Positions 44,587 through 56,377 of a stretch of 64,000 nt of DNA are shown one piece after another. Origin of the DNA: an uncultured Pelagibacteraceae bacterium (lineage in GTDB: Bacteria > Pseudomonadota > Alphaproteobacteria > Pelagibacterales > Pelagibacteraceae); the NCBI GenBank assembly GCA_902516435.1, contig CABXYF010000002.1, positions 32,828-96,827 of the forward strand. Reading direction: 5' to 3'. Under the pieces are notes generated by a model, which was given only the letters and a program-made list of their open reading frames with translations, was not told where the DNA came from and did no database searches. Numbering within the stretch: the first letter of the stretch is position 1; the number at the start of each line of letters is the position of its first letter. The translations under genes and the position numbers were made by a program.

Positions 44587-47505
44587 TTATTCAAAAACCT
44601 TATTTATTATTTCTTGTTGTTGAGAATTATGCCTTTTTGCATATCCTGTTGCTGGAGTGGCATCTGGGCTTCTTCCTATATAAGAAATTTTATTATTATT
44701 AGCCTTTATAGTATCTAATGTCCATTGGATATAATCTCTTACCGAGAACCATGCCCCCATATTTTTGGGCTCTTCTTGACACCAGACAAATTTAGCATTT
44801 TTTGCAAAAGGTTTTAGCTCATTCACTAACGCTTTTACAGGAAATGGATATAATTGTTCAATTCTAAATAATATAACATCATTTTTTTTAAGTTTTTCTC
44901 TAGCTTCTAGTAAGTCAAAATATACTTTTCCTGAACATAAAATTACTTTTCTAATTTTAGAGTTCTCTTTAAGTTTAATAAAATTTTTAGATTTTGGATC
45001 AATAGCATGATCCCATAATATTCTATGATAAGTATTTTTTTTATTAAAATCTTCAAGATTTGAAACACAATATTTATTTCTTAACAATGACTTTGGTGTC
45101 ATTATTATTAAAGGTTTTCTAAAATCTCTATGCATTTGTCTTCTTAGTGCATGAAAGTAATTTGCAGGAGTTGTGCAGTTCATAACTTGCATATTATCGT
45201 TTGAACATAGCTGTAAAAATCTCTCTAATCTAGCTGAAGAATGTTCGGGTCCTTGTCCTTCATATCCATGTGGTAGAAGCATTACTATACCTGATGCTCT
45301 ATTCCATTTTCTTTCACCAGAGGCTATAAATTGATCTATTACAACTTGAGCTCCATTTGCAAAATCTCCAAATTGTGCTTCCCATATTGTAAGTGTGTTA
45401 GGTTCTACCAAACTATATCCATACTCAAATCCTAAAACAGCAAGTTCTGATAAAAAGCTATCAACTACTTCAAATTTTTTCTGTTTATTTGAAATATTAT
45501 TCAATGGGATGTATCTAGAATTATCTACTTGATTTCTTAAAACAGAATGCCTTTGGCTAAAAGTTCCTCTTCCAGAGTCTTGTCCTACAAGTCTTACTGG
45601 ATAACCTTCCTCTAACAATGATCCGAAAGCAAGTGCTTCTGCAGAAGACCAGTCAATACCAAAACCTTTTTCAATAGTATCTTTTCTTGTGTTGAAAATT
45701 TTAGATATAGTTTTATGAGTGTTTTTATCTTCAGAAATTGTATTTATTTTATTAGAAATTTCTTTTAGTTTATTTTCATCAAAACCAGTAACACCTCTTT
45801 TATCCTTACCTTTTTCTGGCTTATATCTCGACCAAGTTCCCTCAAACCACTCTATTTTCAGGTTATAATCTTTGGCACTTTTATACTGCTCGTCTAATAA
45901 TTGTTTAAATGATTTTACATTTTGAATCAGTAATTCTTCGGTAATAGATTGTTCATTAACAAGTTTATTGCCATAAATTTTGTAAACACTTGGATGAGAT
46001 CTAATTTTTTTATACATTAAAGGTTGGGTAAATGAAGGCTCATCTCCCTCATTGTGTCCAAATCTCCTATAACAAATCAAATCAACAACAACGTCTCTAT
46101 TAAACTTTAATCTAAACTCTGATGCAATTCTAGTCGCATAAACAACTGCTTCTGGATCGTCTCCATTAACATGAAGTATTGGAGCTTCAACCATCTTTGC
46201 AACGTCTGAGGGATAAGGTGATGATCTAGCAAACCTGGGACTTGTAGTAAATCCTATCTGATTATTTACTATTATATGTATTGTGCCACCTGTGTTATGA
46301 CCAGGAAGTCCTGACATAGCAAAACATTCTGCTACAACTCCTTGGCCAGCAAAAGCTGCATCTCCATGAATCAAAATTGGAATAACTTTGTTTCTCTCTT
46401 TATCTTTGTGAAAAAACTGTTTTGCCCTTGTTTGTCCCAATACAACTGGATTAACGGCTTCTAGGTGAGATGGATTGTCTGTTAAACTTACATGAACAGA
46501 ATTTCCATCAAACTTTCTATCCGAAGATGCTCCAAGATGATATTTAACATCCCCAGCCCCATCTTCTTTATCTGAACTAATTTCACCTGAAAATTCATTA
46601 AATATTCTTTTATAAGATTTTTGTAATACATTTGCTAAAACATTAAGTCTACCTCGATGTGACATGCCAATTTTAACTTCTTTAATTTGATTTTGACCAC
46701 CAATTTTAATTATTTGCTCGAGAGCTGGTATTAAACTCTCTCCTCCATCTAAACCAAATCTTTTTGTTCCAACATATTTTGTAGCAAGAAATTTCTCAAA
46801 ACCTTCCGCCTGCACTAGTTTATTTAAAATTGCTTCTTTTCCATTTTTTGTAAATTGGAGTGCATTTTTATCTTGCTCAATTCTATCTCTAAACCATTTT
46901 CTCTCCACTGGATTGGAAATATGCATAAACTCATAACCTATTTTTCCACAATAGGTTTTTTTCATAAATTTAAGTATTTCTTTTATATTTGCATATTTGC
47001 GATTAATTACTCCATTAAGAAATATTTTTTTATCATAGTTTTCTTTTTTAAAACCATAAAAATCAGGATGAAGTTCATCTAAATACTCTGATACTCTCAT
47101 ATCTAAAGGATCAAGATCTGCCAATAAATGTCCCCTTAATCTATAAGCTCTAATTAATGCAACTGCACTAATAGAATCTTTGTTTGAGTCTGCGAGTAAC
47201 TGAAAATTAAATTTTTTAGAACTATCAACTTTACTATTTTCAAAAGTATTTTTGTCTTCTTCCTCAATTTTATTTTGTAACTCATCTATATTAACTTTAT
47301 TTTTTTGTGGCCCCCAGGAAGGTCCATTTATTTCTTTAGCTATTACATTTAATTCTTCTCCAATTCCTTCAAAATAATTTAACCAACTTTCTGGAAGATC
47401 GGGGTCTTTATTTATAAACTTCAGATACATTTGTTCAATAAATGCACTATTAGACTTATTTAAAAATGAAGTTTTTTCGAATTCAAGATTTTTTGATGAA
47501 GACAT
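44587..47505 (-). CDS. sucA: 2-oxoglutarate dehydrogenase E1
   Basis: HRGRLNVL, GDVKYHLG, HGDAAFAGQG and GQGPEHSSAR motifs. Confidence 0.98.
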   Translation of the reverse strand: MSSSKNLEFEKTSFLNKSNSAFIEQMYLKFINKDPDLPESWLNYFEGIGEELNVIAKEINGPSWGPQKNKVNIDELQNKIEEEDKNTFENSKVDSSKKFNFQLLADSNKDSISAVALIRAYRLRGHLLADLDPLDMRVSEYLDELHPDFYGFKKENYDKKIFLNGVINRKYANIKEILKFMKKTYCGKIGYEFMHISNPVERKWFRDRIEQDKNALQFTKNGKEAILNKLVQAEGFEKFLATKYVGTKRFGLDGGESLIPALEQIIKIGGQNQIKEVKIGMSHRGRLNVLANVLQKSYKRIFNEFSGEISSDKEDGAGDVKYHLGASSDRKFDGNSVHVSLTDNPSHLEAVNPVVLGQTRAKQFFHKDKERNKVIPILIHGDAAFAGQGVVAECFAMSGLPGHNTGGTIHIIVNNQIGFTTSPRFARSSPYPSDVAKMVEAPILHVNGDDPEAVVYATRIASEFRLKFNRDVVVDLICYRRFGHNEGDEPSFTQPLMYKKIRSHPSVYKIYGNKLVNEQSITEELLIQNVKSFKQLLDEQYKSAKDYNLKIEWFEGTWSRYKPEKGKDKRGVTGFDENKLKEISNKINTISEDKNTHKTISKIFNTRKDTIEKGFGIDWSSAEALAFGSLLEEGYPVRLVGQDSGRGTFSQRHSVLRNQVDNSRYIPLNNISNKQKKFEVVDSFLSELAVLGFEYGYSLVEPNTLTIWEAQFGDFANGAQVVIDQFIASGERKWNRASGIVMLLPHGYEGQGPEHSSARLERFLQLCSNDNMQVMNCTTPANYFHALRRQMHRDFRKPLIIMTPKSLLRNKYCVSNLEDFNKKNTYHRILWDHAIDPKSKNFIKLKENSKIRKVILCSGKVYFDLLEAREKLKKNDVILFRIEQLYPFPVKALVNELKPFAKNAKFVWCQEEPKNMGAWFSVRDYIQWTLDTIKANNNKISYIGRSPDATPATGYAKRHNSQQQEIINKVFE

Positions 47506-47542
47506 CTTTAATTTAATGAATATATAGCCCTAATATAATTTT

Positions 47543-48418
47543 TCAATTAGACAGTTTATTAAATAAAGTTTTGCCAATTATTGAAGGTGATTTAGCAACT
47601 GTAATGCCACATTTTTCCATTTTTTTAATTTTATCTTCGGCACCACCTTTTCCACCTGAAATTATTGCCCCCGCATGCCCCATTCTTCTACCTGGTGGGG
47701 CTGTAATTCCTGCAATAAATCCAACAATAGGTTTTTTAATTTTGTGACTCTTCACAAATTCTGCAGCTTCTTCCTCGGCTGAGCCTCCAATTTCACCAAT
47801 CATTAATATCGACTCTGTATCGTTATCTTTTAAAAATAGGTCTAAACAATCTATAAAATTTGTTCCATTTATTGGATCACCACCAATCCCAATGCATGTT
47901 GATTGACCAAGTCCATTTTCTGTCGTTTGAGCTACCGCTTCGTAGGTTAAGGTTCCTGATCTAGATACTATGCCAACAGTCCCTTTTTTATGAATATTAC
48001 CTGGCATAATTCCAATTTTACATTCGCCCGGAGTGATTATTCCTGGACAATTAGGTCCTATAAGTCTGCTATTTGAGCGTTTTAAAATTTGTCTAACTTT
48101 AAGCATATCCTGGATGGGTATTCCTTCTGTTATACAAACTATAAGTTCTATAGAAGCTTCAATTGCCTCAATGATTGCAGCTGCTGCAAATTTTGCTGGG
48201 ACATAGATCATTGTTGCATCTGCTCCAACTTCGTTTTTTGCTTCTAATACAGAATTAAAAACTGGTCTATCTAAGTGTTTTTGTCCTCCTTTTTTTGGAG
48301 TAACACCTCCAACTAAATTTGTTCCATATTTTATAGCTTGTTCTGAATGAAATGTTCCGTGAGATCCCGTAAATCCCTGACAAATTAATTTTGTATTTTT
48401 GTTAACTAAAACTGACAC
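47543..48418 (-). CDS. sucD: Succinyl-CoA synthetase alpha subunit
   Basis: GPNCPG and MGHAGA motifs; GTG start. Confidence 0.98.
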   Translation of the reverse strand: MSVLVNKNTKLICQGFTGSHGTFHSEQAIKYGTNLVGGVTPKKGGQKHLDRPVFNSVLEAKNEVGADATMIYVPAKFAAAAIIEAIEASIELIVCITEGIPIQDMLKVRQILKRSNSRLIGPNCPGIITPGECKIGIMPGNIHKKGTVGIVSRSGTLTYEAVAQTTENGLGQSTCIGIGGDPINGTNFIDCLDLFLKDNDTESILMIGEIGGSAEEEAAEFVKSHKIKKPIVGFIAGITAPPGRRMGHAGAIISGGKGGAEDKIKKMEKCGITVAKSPSIIGKTLFNKLSN

Positions 48419-48424
48419 TTTACT

Positions 48425-49585
48425 TTACTTTATTGCCTCCACAATTTTTTTAGCAGCATCATCTAAATTGTCTGCAGAAATTAATTTTAATCCAGAATTA
48501 TCAAGTATTTCTTTTCCTTCCTTAAAATTGGTACCAGCAAGCCTTACAACTAAAGGTACATTTATATTTATTTCTTTGGCTGCTTCTACTACGCCTTGTG
48601 CAAGAACATCACATCTCATGATACCACCAAAAATATTAATTAAAATTCCTTTAACATTTTTATCAGAAAGAATAAGTTTAAGTGCAGCTGAAACTTTTTC
48701 TTTTGATGCTCCACCACCAACATCTAAAAAATTAGCAGGTTCTTTTCCATATAACTTTATTATATCCATTGTGGCCATAGCCAATCCTGCTCCATTTACC
48801 ATACAACCAATGCTTCCATCTAATTTGATATAAGCGAGATTATGTTTGCTAGCTTCTATTTCTGCTGGATCTTCTTCATTTAAATCTCTTAACTCTATTA
48901 TTTCTGGATGTTTAAATAGCGCATTAGAGTCAAAATTTACTTTTGCATCTAAACAAACTATCTTTTTTTCTTTGGTTAAAATTAATGGATTTACTTCAAC
49001 CATACTAGCATCCATACTAGTAAACATTTTATAAATTGACTGAATCAAATTTATTGCTTGATTTTTTGTTTCATTATCTAATTTAAAAATTTCAATAATT
49101 TTTTCACAGTCTAAAACAGAAATTTGATCACCGACATCAACTTTAGTTGTAATAATTTTTTCTGGATTATTACTTGCGACTTCTTCAATATCCATACCAC
49201 CTTGATCACTTGAAATGAAAGCAATCTTAGAACTAGCTCTATCTACGAGGCAAGATAAGTAAAATTCTTTTTCTATGTTCGATGACTCCTCAACATACAG
49301 TCTTTTAACTTTTCTTCCCTCTGGGCCTGTTTGATGTGTAATAAGTGTCTTTCCTAGCAGCTCTTTGGCTGCTAATTCTAATTCTTCTAGTGTATTTAAA
49401 ATTTTTACTCCTCCAGCTTTTCCTCTTCCTCCAGCGTGGATTTGTGCTTTAAGAACGTATTTTTCGGTTTTAAGTAATTTTGCTTTCTCAAGTAAATCTT
49501 CAACATTTAATGCAAATATTCCCTCGGGAACTACAGCGCCATATTTTTTTAATATTTGTTTAGCTTGATGCTCGTGAATATTCAT
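48425..49585 (-). CDS. sucC: Succinyl-CoA synthetase beta subunit
   Basis: MNIHEHQAK, GGRGKAGG and NGAGLAMAT motifs. Confidence 0.98.
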   Translation of the reverse strand: MNIHEHQAKQILKKYGAVVPEGIFALNVEDLLEKAKLLKTEKYVLKAQIHAGGRGKAGGVKILNTLEELELAAKELLGKTLITHQTGPEGRKVKRLYVEESSNIEKEFYLSCLVDRASSKIAFISSDQGGMDIEEVASNNPEKIITTKVDVGDQISVLDCEKIIEIFKLDNETKNQAINLIQSIYKMFTSMDASMVEVNPLILTKEKKIVCLDAKVNFDSNALFKHPEIIELRDLNEEDPAEIEASKHNLAYIKLDGSIGCMVNGAGLAMATMDIIKLYGKEPANFLDVGGGASKEKVSAALKLILSDKNVKGILINIFGGIMRCDVLAQGVVEAAKEININVPLVVRLAGTNFKEGKEILDNSGLKLISADNLDDAAKKIVEAIK

Positions 49586-49587
49586 TC

Positions 49588-50550
49588 TTATTTGGAAAGA
49601 TCAGGGTCTATTTTTGATGCTGCTTGCCAAAGAGCTTTGACTGCATCTATGGAATGCATAAACTCTTTTTTCTCATTTTTATCTAAGCTAACTTCTTCAA
49701 TCTTTTCAACACCTCCTTTTCCAATGATAACAGGCACACCAGCGTAAACATTATCTACGCTGTATTCTCCATTTAATTGAACTGCACACGGTAATAATTT
49801 CTTTTGATCATTTAAGTATGCTTCAGCCATTTGAACACCTGATGCTGCAGGAGCATAAAACGCTGATCCGTTCTCTAAAAACTTAACAATCTCAGCACCT
49901 CCATCTCTTGTTCTCTGGTTTATTTCTTCAAGTCTTTCCTGAGTTATTTTTCCTTCTTTAACTAAATCAAGTAAAGGTCTTTCTGAAACTTTTGTAAACC
50001 TTGGCATGGGAACCATTGTATCTCCATGCCCACCCATCACCATCGCTTCAATTTCTTTAACTGGTACATTAAGTTCCAAAGATAGGAATAATTTAAATCT
50101 TGAACTATCCAAGATCCCAGCCATACCAACTACTTTATTTGATGGTAAGCCAGAAAATTTTTGAAACGCCATAACCATTACATCTAATGGATTAGTTATA
50201 CATATTACAAAAGCATTTGGTGCATTATGTTTAATGCCTTCAGCAACTTGTTTAATAATTTTTAAGTTTATCCCAAGCAAATCGTCTCTGCTCATTCCTG
50301 GTTTTCTAGGTACACCTGCAGTAATAATTATTACATCTGAGTCTTTTATATCTTTGTAATCATCTGTACCTGAAAATTTTACATTAAAACCATCTACAGA
50401 TGAAGATTGAGCAATATCTAAAGCTTTTCCTTTTGCAATGCCGCTCGCTACATCAAATAATACTACTTCGTTTACTAGTTCTTTTGTTCCAATTAAGTGA
50501 GCAAGAGTTCCACCAATTTGGCCTGCGCCAATTAAAGATATTTTTGTCAT
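49588..50550 (-). CDS. mdh: Malate dehydrogenase (LDH-like)
   Basis: [17 protein letters not shown] and GGHGD motifs. Confidence 0.97.
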   Translation of the reverse strand: MTKISLIGAGQIGGTLAHLIGTKELVNEVVLFDVASGIAKGKALDIAQSSSVDGFNVKFSGTDDYKDIKDSDVIIITAGVPRKPGMSRDDLLGINLKIIKQVAEGIKHNAPNAFVICITNPLDVMVMAFQKFSGLPSNKVVGMAGILDSSRFKLFLSLELNVPVKEIEAMVMGGHGDTMVPMPRFTKVSERPLLDLVKEGKITQERLEEINQRTRDGGAEIVKFLENGSAFYAPAASGVQMAEAYLNDQKKLLPCAVQLNGEYSVDNVYAGVPVIIGKGGVEKIEEVSLDKNEKKEFMHSIDAVKALWQAASKIDPDLSK

Positions 50551-50561
50551 TATTTTTCCTT

Positions 50562-52055
50562 TTATTTCATTGTTGGCATTATGAATTCCGCATTAGAACG
50601 GATACCTGAAGGCCACCTAGATGTTACTGTTTTTAGTTTGGTATAAAATTTTATTCCCTCCATGCCATGCATTGCACTATCTCCAAATAAAGATCTTTTC
50701 CAGCCTCCAAAGCTATGAAAGGCCATAGGGACTGGTATAGGAACATTAATACCAACCATGCCTACCTGTATTTTGCTGGCAAATGTTCTTCCAGCATCTC
50801 CATCTCTAGTATAAATACTTACTCCATTTCCATATTCATGGTCGTTAATTAATTTTGCAGCTTCTTCAAATGTTTTAACTCTAACAACTGACAATACTGG
50901 ACCAAATATTTCTTCTTTGTATATTCTCATATCTTTATCAACATGATCAAATAAACAGCCACCAATATAAAAACCATTTTCATAACCTTGAAGTTTAAGA
51001 TCTCTTCCATCAACAACTAATTTGGCACCCTCTTCAACACCTAAATCTACGTAACCTTTAACTCTTTCTAAGTGTTCTTTAGTGACCAATGGTCCCATTT
51101 CTGATGTTTTATCCATTCCAGGACCAACTTTTAGAGCTTCAGCTTTTTTAGATAATTTTGAAACAAGTTCATCACCAATATCTCCAACAGCTACTGCAAC
51201 AGATTGTGCCATACATCTTTCGCCCGCAGATCCATATGCTGCGCCCATTAAACCATTAACAGCTCCATCTAAATCACAGTCAGGCATTACTACCAAATGA
51301 TTTTTTGCACCACCTAATGCTTGAACTCTTTTTTCATTTTTTGCTGAGTTTTCATAAATATATTTCGCAATTTGAGTTGAACCTACAAAGCTAACTGCTT
51401 TTATGTCTGAATTATCTAATATCGCATCCACTGACTCTTTGTCTCCATTAACTACGTTAAACACACCCTCTGGTAGACCTGCCTCAATAAGTAATTGAGC
51501 CAGCATAATGGAGCATGAAGGATCTTTTTCCGAAGGTTTTAAAATAAATGTGTTTCCACAGGCGATTGCTATTGGAAACATCCACATCGGAACCATTGCA
51601 GGAAAATTAAATGGAGTAATGCCTGCAACTACACCTAAAGGCTGTCTCATAGACCAGCTATCCACATTCGTACCAACATTTTCAGAAAATTCACCTTTTA
51701 ACAAATGAGGAATTCCACAGGCAAATTCAACAACTTCTAAACCTCTTGTTAAGGACCCTCTAGCATCTTCGAAAACTTTTCCATGTTCAGAAACAATTAG
51801 TTTTGTCAATTCATCAGAATTTTTTTCAATCAACTCTTTAAATTTAAACATTACTCTTGCCCTTTGAAGAGCTGGTTTTAAAGACCATGTTTCGAATGCC
51901 TTTTTGGCAATTTCAACTGCGTGATCTAAATCTGATTTCGAAGCTAATTTAACCTCAGACTCTTGTTCCCCCGTAGCTGGGTTAAAAACTTTACCTTTTC
52001 TATCAGATGAGCCTGAAAAAATTTTTCCGTTAACAAAGTGTTCAATTAACTTCAT
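50562..52055 (-). CDS. mmsA: CoA-acylating (methyl)malonate-semialdehyde dehydrogenase
   Basis: [23 protein letters not shown] and GINVPIPVP motifs. Confidence 0.93.
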   Translation of the reverse strand: MKLIEHFVNGKIFSGSSDRKGKVFNPATGEQESEVKLASKSDLDHAVEIAKKAFETWSLKPALQRARVMFKFKELIEKNSDELTKLIVSEHGKVFEDARGSLTRGLEVVEFACGIPHLLKGEFSENVGTNVDSWSMRQPLGVVAGITPFNFPAMVPMWMFPIAIACGNTFILKPSEKDPSCSIMLAQLLIEAGLPEGVFNVVNGDKESVDAILDNSDIKAVSFVGSTQIAKYIYENSAKNEKRVQALGGAKNHLVVMPDCDLDGAVNGLMGAAYGSAGERCMAQSVAVAVGDIGDELVSKLSKKAEALKVGPGMDKTSEMGPLVTKEHLERVKGYVDLGVEEGAKLVVDGRDLKLQGYENGFYIGGCLFDHVDKDMRIYKEEIFGPVLSVVRVKTFEEAAKLINDHEYGNGVSIYTRDGDAGRTFASKIQVGMVGINVPIPVPMAFHSFGGWKRSLFGDSAMHGMEGIKFYTKLKTVTSRWPSGIRSNAEFIMPTMK

Positions 52056-52094
52056 GAGAATGATCTTTTAAAACAAAAATACTTGTTAGTCTAT

Positions 52095-52874
52095 TTAAAC
52101 ATTAGCTGTAGCTAACATTTTCTTGATTTCAGCAATTGCTTTTGCTGGATTTAGCCCCTTGGGGCATGCACTAGTACAATTTAGAATAGTATGACATCTA
52201 TAAAGTTTTAGTTCATCAGCAACTTTTTTTAATCTAGCTTTTCTCTCATCATCTCGACTGTCAACAATCCATCTATAGGCTTGTAAAAGTACAGCTGGAC
52301 CTAAATATTTATCACCATTCCACCAATAACTAGGGCATGAAGTAGAACAACATGCACACATAATACATTCATATGCACCATCTAATTTTGCCCTATCTTC
52401 TTTTGATTGAAAAATTTCAGTTGATTCTTTAGATGAATTATTTTTAAGCCAAGGCTCAATTGACTGATATTGTTTATAAAGACCATCTAAATCACCAATT
52501 AAATCCCGCTTAACTTTTAAATGAGGCAAAGGATAAATATCTATTTCACCATCTATTTCTGTATGCGGTGTTGTACATGCGAGACCATTTTTTCCACCCA
52601 TGTTCATTGCACAAGATCCACAGACTCCATGAGCACATGATCTTCTGTAAGCTAAAGAAGGATCGATTTCATTTTTAATTTTATTTAAGATGTCTAGAAC
52701 TTTTGATGGACAATTATCCATATCAACTTCATATGTATCTATTCTTGGATTTTCTTCTGTAGATGGGTCCCATCTGTAAACATTCACTTTACGAATATTT
52801 TTTGAACCTGTTTGGTCTTTATAATATTTTCCTTTATTTACCGTAGAATTTTTTGGTAAACTAATTTGTGCCAT
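52095..52874 (-). CDS. sdhB: Succinate dehydrogenase iron-sulfur subunit
   Basis: [22 protein letters not shown] and [12 protein letters not shown] motifs. Confidence 0.97.
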   Translation of the reverse strand: MAQISLPKNSTVNKGKYYKDQTGSKNIRKVNVYRWDPSTEENPRIDTYEVDMDNCPSKVLDILNKIKNEIDPSLAYRRSCAHGVCGSCAMNMGGKNGLACTTPHTEIDGEIDIYPLPHLKVKRDLIGDLDGLYKQYQSIEPWLKNNSSKESTEIFQSKEDRAKLDGAYECIMCACCSTSCPSYWWNGDKYLGPAVLLQAYRWIVDSRDDERKARLKKVADELKLYRCHTILNCTSACPKGLNPAKAIAEIKKMLATANV

Positions 52875-54649
52875 TAATACACTCTTTCTTGTGGTGGAAA
52901 ATATTGTACCTCATTAGTCAACGTTGACTTATGCACTGGTCTATAAGTAATTTTAGTATTTTTTCCATCACACCAGGCCAAAGTGTGTTGCATAAATTTT
53001 TCATCATCTCTTTTAGGATAGTCTTCTCTTGCGTGCGCACCTCTGCTTTCTTTTCTGTGGTATGCAGAGTCAACTGTTGTTACTGCTTGCCTAATTAGAT
53101 TGTCAAACTCTAAGGTTTCAACTAGATCTGTATTGAAAACTAATGATCTGTCTTTAACTGAAATAGAGTCCATACCATCATAAGTTTTTCTAATTTCATT
53201 AACGCCTTCCTCCAAATTTTTTTCTGTTCTAAATACTGCACATTTTGATTGCATAGTTTTTTGCATTGCAAGTCTTAATTCTGCAGTACTGTTGTCCCCT
53301 TGTGCATTTCTTAATTTGTCAAATCTATCTAAACATTTTTGTGTTTCGGTTTCTGGGATTTCTTCATGCGGTGATCCTGGTTTAACTAATTCAGCAGCTC
53401 TTTTTGCAGCAGCTCTTCCAAAAACTACTAAATCAATTAAAGAATTTGAACCAAGTCTGTTAGCTCCGTGAACTGAAACACATGCAGCCTCACCTATTGC
53501 CATTAATCCTGGAACTGTTTTTTCTGATCCATTAACAGTTAATACTTCAGCTTTATAATTTGTCGGAATACCACCCATATTATAATGTACGGTCGGAACA
53601 ACAGGTATTGGTTCTTTAGTTACATCTACATTAGCGAATAATCTTGCAGCTTCTGTAATACCTGGAAGTCTATTTTCAATAACACTTTTATCCAAATGGC
53701 TCAAATGCAAGTGAACATGATCTTGCTCTTCTCCTACACCTCTGCCTTCATTGATTTCTATGGACATTGATCTACTTACAACATCTCTTGATGCTAAATC
53801 TTTTGCATTTGGAGCATATCTCTCCATAAATCTCTCTCCTTTAGAATTTACCAAGTATCCACCCTCTCCTCTAACTCCTTCAGAAATAAGAGTTCCATGT
53901 CCATAAATACCTGTTGGATGAAACTGAACAAATTCCATATCTTGTAAAGGCAATCCTGCTCTTAATACCATTGCGTTTCCATCACCAGTACAAGTGTGTG
54001 CAGATGTTGCAGAATAATATACCTTTCCATATCCGCCTGTTGCAATTATTACTGTATGAGCTCTAAATCTATGAATAGTTCCATCGTTTAAATTCCAGGC
54101 AATTAATCCTTTACACTCTCCATCTTTCATTAGTAAATCTAAAGCAAAGTATTCTATAAAAAATTCAGTATTATGTTTTAAGGCTTGACCATAAAGAGTG
54201 TGTAATATTGCATGTCCAGTTCTATCTGCAGCAGCGCACGTTCTTTGAACGATTCCATTTCCATAATTTTTAGTCATACCTCCAAAAGGTCGTTGATATA
54301 TTTTTCCCTCATCTGTTCTACTAAACGGGACTCCATATTTTTCTAGCTCTAGAACCGCTTTTGGAGCTTCCTTACATAAATATTCAATGCTATCTTGATC
54401 ACCCAGCCAATCAGCTCCCTTGACTGTATCGTACATATGCCATCTCCAATCATCTTCACCCATATTCCCAAGGGCAGCTGAAATCCCACCTTGGGCAGCT
54501 GAAGTGTGACTTCTAGTTGGAAAAACTTTAGAAATACACGCAGTTTTCAAACCAGCTTCACTTAGCCCCACGGCAGCTCTTAATCCTGATCCTCCAGCAC
54601 CTAGAACTACTACGTCGTATTCATGATCTATAATATTATATGATCCCAT
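52874..54649 (-). CDS. sdhA: Succinate dehydrogenase flavoprotein
   Basis: [10 protein letters not shown] (FAD His), QFHPTG and HGANRLG motifs. Confidence 0.98.
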   Translation of the reverse strand: MGSYNIIDHEYDVVVLGAGGSGLRAAVGLSEAGLKTACISKVFPTRSHTSAAQGGISAALGNMGEDDWRWHMYDTVKGADWLGDQDSIEYLCKEAPKAVLELEKYGVPFSRTDEGKIYQRPFGGMTKNYGNGIVQRTCAAADRTGHAILHTLYGQALKHNTEFFIEYFALDLLMKDGECKGLIAWNLNDGTIHRFRAHTVIIATGGYGKVYYSATSAHTCTGDGNAMVLRAGLPLQDMEFVQFHPTGIYGHGTLISEGVRGEGGYLVNSKGERFMERYAPNAKDLASRDVVSRSMSIEINEGRGVGEEQDHVHLHLSHLDKSVIENRLPGITEAARLFANVDVTKEPIPVVPTVHYNMGGIPTNYKAEVLTVNGSEKTVPGLMAIGEAACVSVHGANRLGSNSLIDLVVFGRAAAKRAAELVKPGSPHEEIPETETQKCLDRFDKLRNAQGDNSTAELRLAMQKTMQSKCAVFRTEKNLEEGVNEIRKTYDGMDSISVKDRSLVFNTDLVETLEFDNLIRQAVTTVDSAYHRKESRGAHAREDYPKRDDEKFMQHTLAWCDGKNTKITYRPVHKSTLTNEVQYFPPQERVY

Positions 54650-54975
54650 TAGTTTAAATTAAATATAGTAATAATTGTTAAAAATGAAATAGCTATAGCA
54701 GAAATTTGCAGTGCTCTGTTTGCGACATTTTTGATTTTTTCATTGTTAATATAATCCTCAAAAACCTCACTAATACTTAAAGCTGAGAAGAAATAAGCAA
54801 AGATAATAAACAAACTAAATAGAAACTTGTTTAATGAGTCAGAAAAAAAATTTAAAACTTCAAAATAACTTTTGTCATAAATAGAAACAAAATTAACAAT
54901 AAACCAAAGCATTAAAGGTATTAAGGCAATTGATGACAACTTTAAGAATATCCACTTTTTTGTTGCGATGTTCAT
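54649..54975 (-). CDS. sdhD: Succinate dehydrogenase membrane anchor subunit D; the protein contains no His
   Basis: Three TM helices, EDY motif, position between sdhC and sdhA; start ATG 54975. Confidence 0.88.
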   Translation of the reverse strand: MNIATKKWIFLKLSSIALIPLMLWFIVNFVSIYDKSYFEVLNFFSDSLNKFLFSLFIIFAYFFSALSISEVFEDYINNEKIKNVANRALQISAIAISFLTIITIFNLN

Positions 54976-54976
54976 A

Positions 54977-55360
54977 CTAAATAAAATTTCTACCAATTAA
55001 ATAAATAATTACAGTAAGAACAAGCGATCCAAGTATAACTAGTAAACCTGTCACTTTAGTTGTCTGTAATTCAAAACCATATCCCATATCCATTATGAGA
55101 TGTCTTATCTCACTTAAAGTTTGAAAACTAAAAGACCATACCACTCCCAAAATTATAAATTTACTTATTAAAGAACCTAAAAAGTAATTCAAAAAATCAT
55201 AATTATTTTCACCCAGAATTAACCAACACGACCAAAAACAGATTATTGTAATAGCAATTATGTTTATTATTCCAGTGATACGATGTGAAATAGAAACTAA
55301 AGATGAAATATGCCAACTATAAATCTGTATATGGGGTGATAATGGTTTTTTATTTTCCAT
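54977..55360 (-). CDS. sdhC: Succinate dehydrogenase anchor subunit C (cytochrome b556 family)
   Basis: PLSPHIQIY, SISHRITG and IRHLIMD motifs; start ATG 55360. Confidence 0.93.
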   Translation of the reverse strand: MENKKPLSPHIQIYSWHISSLVSISHRITGIINIIAITIICFWSCWLILGENNYDFLNYFLGSLISKFIILGVVWSFSFQTLSEIRHLIMDMGYGFELQTTKVTGLLVILGSLVLTVIIYLIGRNFI

Positions 55361-56360
55361 AGAAATCATTTTTAATCAAACTTTCAGCAATCTGAATTGC
55401 ATTCAATGCCGCTCCTTTTACGAGATTATCTGATACAATCCATAAATTAATTGTGTTTGCTTGGGTTTCATCCAATCTTATTCTTGAAATAAAAGTTTCA
55501 AATTTATCCTCTGCATCAACAGGTGTTGTATATCCGCCGTCTTGATGCTCATCAACGACTTTACATCCTGGAGAAGTAGATAAAACTTTTTTTATATGAT
55601 CTAAATCACATTTTTTATCAAATTCTATATTTGCACTAATACAATGGGAGACAAGAACAGGTATTCTTACACAAGTTGACGTAACTCTAATTTTTTTATC
55701 TAAAATTTTTTGTATTTCATCGGTAGTTTTTTGTTCCTCTTTTGTATAGCCATTTTCTAAAAAACTATCAATATGAGGGATTGCATTAAATGCAATCTGT
55801 TTAGTAAAATTTTGAGAATTTATTTCTTTATTTTGAAAGTAATCCTTTGTTTGAGATAACAATTCATCCATAGCACTTTTACCTGCTCCAGATACAGATT
55901 GATATGTGGATGCAACCACTCGATTGATATTATATAAATCATGTAAGGGCTTCAAAGCCACTACAACTGGAATCACAGAACAATTAGCATTAGCAATAAT
56001 ATTTTTATTTTTAACATCAGCTAATTTTTTTGAATTAACCTCTGGAACTACTAGTGGTATACTAGGATCTTTTCTAAAATATTTTGAATTATCAATAACT
56101 ATAGTTTTTTCTGCAGCAATATGAGCCCATTTTTCAGCCACTCCACTTCCTGCCGCAAAAAAGGCAATTTTTACTTTAGAAAAATCAAATTTTTCAAGGT
56201 CTTCAACTATATGCTCTTTTCCATTATAGCTAATTTTTTTTCCCTCACTATTTTTGGATGCTAATAAAAAAAGATTTTCTATACCTAATTTTTTTTTCTC
56301 AAGTATTTCTATAATCTTTCTTCCAACATTTCCTGTTGCTCCTACAATTGCTATATTCAT
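55350..56360 (-). CDS. asd: Aspartate-semialdehyde dehydrogenase
   Basis: VGATGNVG, NANCS, YQSVSGAG and DNLVKGAALNA motifs. Confidence 0.96.
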   Translation of the reverse strand: MNIAIVGATGNVGRKIIEILEKKKLGIENLFLLASKNSEGKKISYNGKEHIVEDLEKFDFSKVKIAFFAAGSGVAEKWAHIAAEKTIVIDNSKYFRKDPSIPLVVPEVNSKKLADVKNKNIIANANCSVIPVVVALKPLHDLYNINRVVASTYQSVSGAGKSAMDELLSQTKDYFQNKEINSQNFTKQIAFNAIPHIDSFLENGYTKEEQKTTDEIQKILDKKIRVTSTCVRIPVLVSHCISANIEFDKKCDLDHIKKVLSTSPGCKVVDEHQDGGYTTPVDAEDKFETFISRIRLDETQANTINLWIVSDNLVKGAALNAIQIAESLIKNDFYGK

Positions 56361-56377
56361 GGTATTTAAGTTTTATA

